The position numbers and the translations under genes were made by a program. A model generated the notes under the pieces. That model was not told the origin of the DNA, made no database searches, and worked only from the letters and a program-made list of their open reading frames with translations. Source: Macrostomum lignano (Eukaryota). Taken from it: a stretch of DNA of 64,000 bases. Location: NCBI GenBank assembly GCA_002269645.1, contig NIVC01001203.1, forward strand, positions 1 to 64,000. The letters are read 5' to 3'. Shown in pieces: positions 21,518 through 32,400 of this stretch (position 1 is the first letter of the stretch; each line of letters starts with the position of its first letter).

Positions 21518-24484
21518 CGTGCAGGGCCTTCAGCTTCTCAACTAACGCTTTCAGAGTTGTATTTAAATTGTCTCGACTACTGACAAAAGCAACCAGCTCA
21601 GATCAGCGAGGCGAGGCTGCAGTGTGTGCCCGGGAGTCCATTAGCAGATGGATTATCAAACAGAGCAGATCATTGGTGTTTCTGCCGGGAGTTCTATAGC
21701 CAATACAGACAGGCAGATATATGATAAAAGAGCTTATATGCACTTGTGTAAACATTTGCGTTTTGCAAACAACTGTTACCAATTCCTGATGCGGGTCTAA
21801 AAGCTACTAGTAACTGATTCTGCTTCCGACAAAAATGTTCAATTATTATCACTGATGTAATGCAAACTGGATAATAGCTCGCAACTAGGAGCTGGGAGCA
21901 GACTAAGCGTGAATTTCAGTCCAAAATTAAAACCAGAAGAATCTGGAAGATATTCTCTGGTAAAAAAATTCTTAACACTGAAGCGAAGTTGTTTCAAAGT
22001 CATCGTGGTACCTTATTAGAACATTTACATCGCTAAAAGGCTTTTATACACGAACTTGGGCAAAAGAGATTTCGCCACAAGGTTACTCGTAGAGCCACAG
22101 TTTTTGCTGCGCACCACCTTCTTAAACAAGAAGTAAGTGGCCAGCCAGAGATATTCATATCAATGATTCTGCCAAGAGGTCAGATTCTTCCTGTTCTCAA
22201 GACAAATAACTTTTGCTCAAACTCTCAGCAGGTTTTTGACTATTGCCACAACGCACTCTCACGAACAAATTCAAGCTATTGTTCCTTTTATATTTAACTG
22301 CTAAATGACACACGAAAGATTGGGGTGGGGCTGAGATTGCATGTACACTTAGCGATAATGGGGGGCGGGGCCCGGAGACGTACATATCTTCGATATACTA
22401 AAATGAGACCTACAACTATAACTAACAACGAAACATAAATAAAAAGCCTACGCAACACTTCCCATAAGCGCCAGTGAATTCAATGCACCCCTATGCGCTA
22501 GTCAGCAGACTCAGCACTGCGCCGAAACAGGGATTCAAATTTAAGAAATTAAGTAAATATATACTCAGCAGCATTGAAGAGTCGTCGCTCTGTAAGGTTT
22601 GGTGTAAATTAAGGAAAGGGAAGAGCTAGGCGGTGGTTCTTTTAGTTTAATTGGTGCTATAGGAAGGAAATAAGAAAATGGGAAAGAGTGAACAGTTGGC
22701 GATGCGCCTGCCGCATATTTATAGATATGATTTGGTTTTCCGAAAAGTTCTAGAAATATTTCTTGTAGTATAACAAATTAAAAGCGCAGATAAATTGCGG
22801 ATGACTTTACTGATATTAACTATGATATTCAAATAAAATAAATTGATTAACAATCACCAATAAATGCTTGAAATTATAGTATCATTAAGCAAGAGAAATT
22901 TCTGGAAAGATCGCTACATACATTTGGATTTGTGATTTCTAGAGTGTTCGATAATTACGGTAAATGGAATTTTCGGGAATGAATAAAGGTCGCTACAACA
23001 GTTCCCGCCCCCACGGGAGACGGAGTCCTCATGAGAATAGGCAATAGTCAATAGGATTGTATAGGTACATGCATTAACTACATGTACATGCGTGGTGTAT
23101 GCAGCTAATATTCAATAGGGTGGGTGATGAAAGTCTGTGGTGTGTGCTGTGGCAGATCCGCTCGCGTCCTCGACTGACGCTCCCGGTGGCGTATGATCGG
23201 GCGTGTGGCCGACTGTGGAGGATGCCAGGATACCCACTGTAGAGGATGCGACACCCTAGACAATTAAATGCACCGGACTACCGGAGGCGGTAGTTTGGCA
23301 CGATACAGATGCTGCTGTAGTGGCTGAATTGATGTACCGTCGGTTGCGCTGTGTTGGAATGGAACTGGCGGCCGGTCCACGCGTGCGTCCTCCTGCGATG
23401 CTCCAGAACGGCGGATTGTCGCTTGGGCTGGCACGACCTGCGGAGAATGCCAGAATGCCAAAGTACAGACGGACGACTCCCGAACAAGGCGCCGCGGAAT
23501 CTGAGGCGGTTAGTCGCTCTGCGGCTGGGGCAGCGCAGAGGGGCGCATGTGCAGGCCCGAATGTGCGATGGAAATGAGTTGGCTGGCCATGTCGCATCCA
23601 AGGACAACTTAATTAGAAGGACTGAACAATCCAAAATCGTGGAAATTTTTTGAAGGCCAAATTTTGCAATTGAGCCATGTCTGACCGGATTGATGAATCG
23701 CGCAGATTTTTGCTCAGGATATAAAATTACATGTGCTCTTTCGATTGCTGCATGGCCTTTTATATTTTCCCCCCAGAATACGAAAGAGTTGACTTTTTAG
23801 TACAGTACCCCGTAGATTGTATGCCTTTCAATGCAAAATCTTGACTTCTTTTTGGCAGTGGAAAGCAACACACACCACGTTTATTAACCAGTAAAAATAA
23901 GTAATGCTCATAGTCAGTTCAATTAGCTAACCTTTTGACCTCTGACTTCGAGTCAGTGTAAGAAACAAGATGATTTTTAGGTCATTTTGTGAAAAAGAAG
24001 GGAACAAAAATAGTATATTTATGGAAGGCAATTGGAAACAAATAAATTCTGAAAAATGTAAGAACAAAGAACATAAATTCATTCTAAACATCACCGGAAA
24101 CAATTGCATTTCATAGATCAGTAAAAATAATATTGATTGAAAAAGCATCAAAACACGAATTCGAACGAAAATAAGTACACAGAAGCATAAAATACAGTAT
24201 CGTAAATTGATTAAGCAGATTACAAAACTTCAAGACAACTTTAAGACTTAAAGCCAGTGAGCAATTTCTCTTGGACTATTCTGAAATAAAAGATTTGAGA
24301 AAACTGATCGGGGTAGCTTTAATCCGTCCAACCCTCGCACACCGCTCCCCCACTTCATTCCTCAAGTGTGCCGCGAAGTAACTACATGTAAGTTGCGTCA
24401 CTCGCAAAGATTGATAGACTTTATCTCCACTCTCAAAAGTGGAGACCACAGATCGCGAAATCTTCTGTGATGGCGAATTTTTTA

Positions 24485-24630
24485 TGCTGCTGAGTGTATG
24501 ATGCTCGATCCACTCATAACAATTTGTGTCCTTGAGCAAGACACTTAACTCTGCATTGCTTCAGTTCACCCAGCTGTAAAATGGGTGCCAGCATTAGCTG
24601 GGCTAATTGAGGGTGTGTGTGGCGACCAAC
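24485..24630 (+). mobile_element. 5'-degraded tRNA/CORE-type SINE copy
   Basis: GTGTCCTTGAGCAAGACACTTAACTC...CAGTTCACCCAGCTGTAAAATGGG is a CORE-like segment shared with the copies at 26.5, 41.7 and 51.1 kb. Confidence 0.75.
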
Positions 24631-25075
24631 TTGTAGACTAAGAAAATAAAAAGCTAATTCAAATGAAATATAAAAGTAATCTAAGCTTACGATAGCAAAT
24701 CTTTTTTAGTTTCAAAGAATAAAAGCTAAAAGAATTGAAAAAATATTATTCATTGTTTTGTAAATAAAAATTACCTAAAAAATCAAGTTATGTATTTAAA
24801 AAACAAATCAAGTATACTAATAGCAAGTAAAATAGACATCTGGAAGCTACCAGCGAAATTACGTGCAAGCTTTCAAACATTGTAATTTTATAAAGAAATT
24901 ATTATAGATGTTTCTCATTAGAAATCTGTACCTGAAGTTACTAAATTATATGCTAAATTACTAAATGTAAATCTTGTTACTAGACTTCTTGATTGAAAAT
25001 TTAAACAAACTGTAATTACGAAATTTCTAAACTAGATCAAAAGTCACAAACAATATCAAATAGTTGTCAGTTTTC

Positions 25076-28000
25076 TCAAAGCGCCGCACTGAGCCCCTGG
25101 CGTTTAGCAAACAGGTGATGCGCCACCATCCACTGGTTGCCATTCTCGTAGCCAAACACCTCCGAGCAGAAGATGAAGAACTTGCGCCAGTTGGCAATTT
25201 GTTCGTCAGCCTCCTGAGCAGCGAAGCTCGGGCCCATCAGAGCGCGTCTGGCGGCATCTCTGCAGAAATGCGCGAATTTGATATGAAAGCTGCTGGTATC
25301 ACCGCATTCAGCGAAGTCTTTTACAAATTACGTGACCGATTAGCATCAATCGAGGATCGAGAAATTTAAAACACTTGACCCGCTTTTAGTTGGCCATTGG
25401 TCATTTGTCTAATACAAGCCAAATATGGAATGTATTACAGGGGTCGGCAAACTCTGGCCACATGCGGCCTGCGAAGCCTCTCTATTCAGCCTTCGGGTCC
25501 ATTGAAACTTCTCTCTCTCATCTCTCTCTCCTCTCTTTATTCTCTACTCTCTTCCTACTCTCTCTCCTCTCTTCTCTCCTCTCTCCTCCTTCTCTCCCTT
25601 CATCTCTTTTCTTCTCTCCTCTCTTTTCTTTTCTCCTTTCCTCTCCCCTTCTTTTCTCTTTTCTCTCTCTCATCTCATCCTTCTCTCCTCTCCTCTCTCT
25701 CCTCTCTCCTCTCGTCTCTCTCCTCTCCTCTCCTCACTCCTCTCCGCTCCGCTCCTTTCTTCTCTCCTCTCTCTCCTCTCCTCCTCTCCTCTCATCTCTC
25801 CTCTCTTCTCTCCTTTCTTCTTTTCTCTCTCCCTCTCTTCTCCCTCCTCTACTCTTTTATCCCTTCTCTCTCCTCTCCACTGTTTTCTCTTTTCTTTCTT
25901 TTCTCCTCTCTCGATCCTCGCTTATCTGACCAGCAGCCACGAGCTAGACTCTAAATCTAACCCCTGAGGTAAGAAAGCTTGCCGACCTCAGTTCAGTACT
26001 ATAAAGAATGCACCCACCTTGGCAAAGCGTCAAGCTTTCGCAACCAGGCCTCCAGAGTCCGACTATAGTGCTTGCCGTTGATGAGCCACAGGTCCTCCAG
26101 CCGGAGATGCTGCTGCATGTGCAGAAACAGATCAGCGGAGAACATGGATCCACCAGTAAAGAAATTTCTAGCCATCCATTCCGTGTCGGAGTTGCGGCGA
26201 GTGTCAAAGTTGTAAGCGAATTGGCGATGGCACAGGATCTGGGAGAACAGCTTGCCCCCTGTATATGGCATGGAGAATTAAAGATAGATCAGTGTCCAGC
26301 CATTGTGATTAGTTATGATTCAGGTTTTGTTATACAGAAGATTAGTACTAGGTGCTGGGTGGCAATCCGGACCAACTCCGAGGCACATGCGCCCGACGAT
26401 GTTAAAAAGTCAGGGTCGTTGTTCATGCGGAATGGGCATGACTGCTTGCCTCCGTGCTGACTGCACCCTGCGAATCGACTATATCGTAAAAATTTGCAAC
26501 AGTGTACAAAATAAGTTTTTTACTGGTGCGCACCTGAAGACTGCGTACGGCTGTTCAGTCCAAGGCCTGGTGGGATTGCCACACACCCTCAATTAACCCA
26601 GCTAATACTGGACCTATTTTACAGCTGGGTGAACTGAAGCAACGCAGAGTTTAAGTGTCTTGCTCAAGGGTACAGTTTGTTTCGAGTGGGTCGAGAATCG
26701 AACCCCCGACCTTCAGTCATGAGTCCGATGCTCTAACCACTAGACTACAACCTAGTGGTGATTCTAACAATTCATAGTTCTTACCAGGTCGCAGCCAGTC
26801 ATTGACTCGAGCAAACAGGGCTCCAACGTTTTTCATGTGCTCCAGAATTTCGATTGATACAACGCGATCGAATCGGTTGGGACCAGGTTGGAAATCCGAA
26901 ATGTCGGTTGTGCAGACTGAGAGACGCTGCGAGCCGCCTGGAATTTGCCTGTTGATTTTGGATGCAAATATTAATAATTAACACTTCAATGTGTCCTGAA
27001 TGAAGGGACTGAAAATGCCAATGGTTCGATCAAAGATGGGATAAACACATGAGATGGTTAGTGGATTATATTCACTGATTGAATATATGGACGAGATGTC
27101 ATTGAATCACCGATGGAATGAACTCAGGATGTCAGTGAATCACCGATGGAAATGAACTCAGGTGGTGTCAGTGAATCACCGATGGAATGAACTCAGGTGG
27201 TGTCAGTGAATCACCGATGGAAATGAACTCAGGTGGTGTCAGTGAATCACCGATGGAAATGAACTCAGGTGGTGTCAGTGAATCACCGATGGAATGAACT
27301 CAGGAGATGTCAGTGAATCACCGATGGAACGAACTCAAGTGAAGTGATGTTAGTGAATCACTGATGGAATGAACTCAGGAGATGTCAGTGAATCACCGAT
27401 GGAATGAACTCAGGAGATGTCAGTGAATCACTGATGGAATGAACTCAGGAGATGTCAGTGAATCACTGATGGAATGAACTCAGGAGATGTCAGTGAATCA
27501 CCGATGAAATTAACTCAGGTGATGTCAGTGAATCACCGATGGAATGAACTTAGGAGATGGCAGTGGCTCAGTGATGGAATGAACTCAGGAGATGGCAGTG
27601 GATCAGTGATGAAATGGCACAAGTTAAAAAGAGACGAGTGAACTACTTCACCAGTCTTTGAAGTCTTGAAGACTCAAAAAGCTGACTAATGATCATGCTG
27701 GAGGAGAAACACGGAGAGCAATATAAATTACCTTGCCCGCTCTTCAATGTCCAGCCGTTGTGTGGCAGAGTTGGACACGGCCGTCACCTGACAGTTGGGA
27801 AATCGCTCCAGCAGAAACAGGCTCAGAGAGCCCCAGCCGCAACCCATGTCAAGCACCTGCATGCCATCAACAATGCCAGCACGCTGACAGATGGTATCCA
27901 AGCTGCGAACTTCTGCCTCAGCAAGATCGTCAGCGGCATCTCCAGTTCCAGCAGTCTCTATGCCACTGTGCAGATTGCATGAGTACTTCATTCGAGGCCC

Positions 28001-28989
28001 AAGTACGAGGTGGAAGAATCCAGTTGGCACTTCGTAGTGCTGCTCCAATGATTCTGGGCCAGCCAGACAGATGGGAGCAGCAGCGAGCTTAGCTAGAAAT
28101 TTCTTTTTGTGCTCCAGCTGCTGGACAGCATCTCCTGAGCAGCTTAGCTTCTCCAGCCATAGGGCCATGCCACTACGAATGCCTTAAAAATTTTAATATT
28201 AGGAAGAAGATAAACATTAATTTAAAAAAAAACTGAAGTCGTTCATTATTATTATACTTTTATATGGCTCAAAGGTAAAAAATGGCTGTAGATGCATCAT
28301 GTGAAAACTGGATATAAGTAAAAATAAATAATAAATATGATAAATATTGATAAATAAATCTTTCAAATGAACAGAATCAAAGCTACAGAATGGACTGGAC
28401 TGAAGCCAAAGGTTCTAAAGTTCATTGAATGCAAAAGCATACTTATACAACAAAAATAATACAACATAAGCAAAAAAACAGATGGAAAATCTAAAAAGAA
28501 GAAAAAAATCATTTTGTCTATCAAGTTACTTAAAATAAACATTGCATATTAGTGCACAATCTATTGCATAAATACTTTACTTTCAATGATTTCTAATACT
28601 CCAACAATTAGCCTAACTTTACAATAGGTTAGAGCGCTCGAGAGCAGGGGCGTAGCCAAGGGGGGACACTGGGGACATGTCCCCCCCGCGAGGGAGGGGA
28701 TTTTTTACTGCCTTTGTTGCTTTGTATTTTGCTTCCATCAAAGATGGATTTATGGCTCTGCCCCCCCCCCCAGACATGAATTCTGGCGACGCACCTGCTC
28801 GAGAGGTTCGAAAGATTATTCATTTAGAATTAAAAGAGTAAACATTAAAATTAGTAAATTAGGAACAACGATTTTAAAAGATCAACATTACATTTACATT
28901 AAAAATGATTTTCTAAGATTAAATTACTCTTCAAAGTTTTTCATTTAGCATTAAAATAAAATACCTTCTCTGATAGTAAAATCTTCCAT
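25076..28989 (-). CDS. SAM-dependent methyltransferase, CMAS/cyclopropane-fatty-acid synthase family, coclaurine-N-methyltransferase-like (354 aa, 5 exons)
   Basis: Exons are 28989-28965, 28182-27732, 26948-26785, 26258-26018 and 25259-25076. All introns are GT-AG with consistent phases (1065 nt). Motifs: [102 protein letters not shown]. Confidence 0.9.
25438..25991 (-). mobile_element. Polypyrimidine-filled hAT MITE (reverse copy) in intron 4 of the methyltransferase
   Basis: TIR CAGGGGTCGGCAAA at 25438 and a degenerate TTGCCGACCTCAG near 25991. Subterminals match 853-1273 in inverted orientation. Confidence 0.75.
26522..26752 (-). mobile_element. tRNA-headed CORE-type SINE
   Basis: On the minus strand: A box (TAGTCTAGTGG), B box (GGTTCGATTC), the CORE-like segment, and a tail shared with the 51.1 kb copy (GGACTGA.CAGCCGTACGCAG). 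Confidence 0.85.
27100..27615. repeat. 35-36-bp minisatellite (GATGTCAGTGAATCACCGATGGAATGAACTCAGGA) in methyltransferase intron 2
   Basis: About 14 direct tandem copies. Confidence 0.92.
28645..28797. mobile_element. 153-bp hAT-type MITE with perfect 8-bp TSD
   Basis: TIRs are CAGGGGCGTAGCCA and TGGCGACGCACCTG. The TSD CTCGAGAG sits at 28637-28644 and 28798-28805. Confidence 0.9.
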
Positions 28990-29465
28990 GTCTTCGGTTG
29001 AATAATTGACAGGCTGCTTTGAGCTTACAGATAGATTTTGGAGAACTGAAGCATGCAAAATTTAGAAAATTGCTTCGTCACCTGCAGCGCTTTTCTTGTA
29101 ATATTTCTTTTTTAAAAAAAGATTCGAGCAAAATACTAAACAAATATTCTACTTTCTAAAAGGTTTTATGGGAAAAAGTCTTAAAACACTGAAATGATAA
29201 AACAGAAAAAAACGAATAGGCAAAATAATTTAAAAGCGAAGGGTTCGGTTTATTCGCATTGCGAAAATATTCATTTTTCTTTAGCGCGATTCCAAGATAG
29301 TGTACGTGTCCAAGATTTTCGTGTATATTGCTAACGCTGCTGATTGTCAAATTGCAATACGTCTTTTTCCAGTCTAATAGCACTACTTTACGCATTTCTC
29401 CCTAAGGCAATTTTTGATTGATTTAATCTGATTTGCCTGGTTGGCAACAGTGGGTTCGGCTGACC

Positions 29466-32400
29466 ATGAATGCATACAGTTTATTTGTTTCTGTTGGACT
29501 GATTTTTGCCCTCGTCTGCTGCTTTCAAGTTGATGCGCAGATTGAAGGAATTTACTGTGGAAAGGAAAACTGTTACGATGGTACGTCTATTTTATTTGAC
29601 CTGATACTTAGAGAGGCCTATGGGAACAAATTTCAGCCAAGTGAAGACAGCCTAAAAATATACAACTAGCAAAAAATTAAAACCTATTTTATAGCAGTTT
29701 TAGTACAATCTTACTTACATTTGTTTTTTCTGTTCTAGTACTAATGGTTTTAGTATTTATTTAAATCAAGCCTTATTTCTATTGGCTGTTAGGAAATTTC
29801 TATCCATTTTTGCTATAGACTAAAGTTGGTTGGGGAATGAGTTTTTATAGAAGTGCAGTGCAGTGTTAATTCAGCAGTATTAATTAAGTGTTAATTGTCA
29901 TCACAATCAATGACCCTCTGCCAATGAGAGGGCAGACTTTGAATGCCATCTCTGTCAACTATAGAAGTCCTTGATGCAAAGAAGTTAGAGATGCAATCCT
30001 TGACTTATCTTTAAATATTTTTCTTTCAAATGATGATGCAGCGCTTGAAATAGATGGTAGTCTATAGCGGCCAAATTGGGGCTAGGCCTATATAGTAAGG
30101 TTCCTAGCCTAGGTCTAGCAGCTTTTGCCAGGTCAAATTCATAATAACCATTGGCTATAATTGGGTTGGGCCATTGGATATAGTTTAGAAAGCAACATGT
30201 ACACTAGGATTTCCTAGCATACAATAAGGGTATTTACCATTTTTTTTGCATATATCAAGGTATATCCCAGCCTATATGACATAGTGGAAACATTGTGTCA
30301 ATGATAATTTGAGCTGTTAGCTTTTGTGTAATCTAGTATAGACTAGGCCTATAGTCTGGATCATGCTAGGTGTACACCTAAACAAAAATTGAATAATTAT
30401 AAATGCATACCAAAAAATGTAGTGCATGCCCATTCTTAAAAATATCCCAATGTTGCGACAATAAATGACCTTTTTTACATTTTGACAATAAAATACCTTT
30501 TTTAAATTGCATAATGGACTCTTATTACTAGATAATTTGGTTACTTTGTATGCTTTTTCAATGGTACTATTTATTTACATTGATACATAAAAATTTGTTT
30601 AAATGCTTTTTAATAAGCTTAAAAACCAGAAAGCTTCAAATTTGCGAATAAGTTTTTATCTTTTTTTTCTACTTCACAATAACTCTTACATGTGATTCTA
30701 TAAAGTGCATGCCAGGTATGCACAATCCAGAGTATAGGGTATGGATTGGTCTCTACAAGTGTTTACAACAGCTCAGTTTTTATCTCAGATGGGCATCTAG
30801 GTTAAGGTTTGTCAACAAGGCTACAGTTGTTTATTTTTTTTATTAGAGGCAGGGGGGTTTTGTGCACCCTGGCGCACTTTAAGCGACATAGGCACACAAC
30901 CGGCAAGAGGCATTACTGCCCATTCCGCCAACTCCCCTGAGCAGGCATACAAGTGCGCAGATACGTACGCAGGCACATACTCACACAGAAGTGTACAGCG
31001 GCTCTAACTTTATTTATTGTTAGGCATGTACACTTCTCTGCGCCTTGGGGGTTGGCTCTCAAGGCCGTTAATTGCACAAGCAGAGCCAAGTCGAGATTCC
31101 AATTCAGCCCCAAATTAAAGGCTATAGTTGCTACTGCAAAAGCAGTTAAACTAATAGACTATGCAGCCAAAGATAGCAACCTGCCCAAATGCAATGCATA
31201 GGCATCCAGTCAATTTGGCTATTATAATTCCTGCTAGAAAGCCATATAGCATATACTGCCTTAGGGTGATACCATAGTCCAGATCATGCTGAGTGTATAC
31301 CAGAATGCTGTGAATCAATGCATGCTGATGCCAAGTAAATGCACACTGATGCCAAGTAAATGCATATGTATACCAATGCCAAGTAAATGCATGCTGATGC
31401 CAAGTAAACCAAGCAAATGCACACTGACGCCATTTGCAGTTGCAACAATAAAGGGCCTTTCTTGCAGTTTACTTTTTACTACATGGCTTTCAATTATATA
31501 GTAGTTACATAGTAGTCACTTTCGATTTCAAACTAATGATACAACCTACATGTTCATGGTCCTACTAACAAACTGTTGATTTCTTTCCAAATATTTACAT
31601 TTATCCTACTTAATACCTTTTGAAAACCACTCTAATTTAGCCTTTACTTGTTAAAGCTTTTGCAGCTAATAACTTTGAATGTCTATCAATCATATGCCTT
31701 ACACTGATGTGCCATAATGCACATTGCATGCCATTTATGCATGCTGATGTTTAAAATGCACACTGATTATACATGCGCAACAGTCAGCCGATCCGGCCGA
31801 CCAATTGGCCGACTGATTTGGCGGCCAACCAAGGAAGTTGCAAAAATGCCCACCCGAAAAAATACCAAAGTAGTAGTAATAAGTAACTGACGAGACATTT
31901 TGACTTAATAAGACAGTCATAGTTACTCCTACCGTTTATCCAAAGTTGCATTAATTTTGTGTTAGGGTTTTTTACATGTAAGTTGCATTTTTGGCCAAAA
32001 ACTATCATACATCAGTGTCATACCTGCGCAACCTCCAAAATTCGGTCGGCCATGCGACTTAGTTTTAACAAAAATGCGACGTAGTTTTTGACCAAAAATG
32101 CGACTTGCATGTAAAAAACTAAAGCAAAATTAATGCAAGTTTGGGTAAACGGCAGGAGTAACTATGACTCTCTTATTAAGCCAAAATGCCTCGTCAGCTA
32201 CTTAGTACTACTACTTTGGTGTTTTAGGGTGGGAATTTTTGTGACTTCCTTGATTGGTCGCCAAATCGGTCAGCCAGATCGGCCAACTCGGCCGGCTCTT
32301 GCGCATGTATGACACTGACATTCTCAAATGCACTCTAGAAAATTCTGGCATGCACTACATCTTCTAGAGATAAGAGATAATACTATTTAGTTCAACATTT

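Noticed and set aside
23278-23634. THAP zinc-finger-like reading (SCQPKRQSAVLEH)
   Set aside because: The resemblance is slight, and the required C2CH spacing and conserved Trp/Phe are not present.
25076-28989. Bacterial contamination as the source of the CMAS-like gene
   Set aside because: It has four GT-AG introns containing host SINE, MITE and minisatellite, and it is contiguous with metazoan genes.
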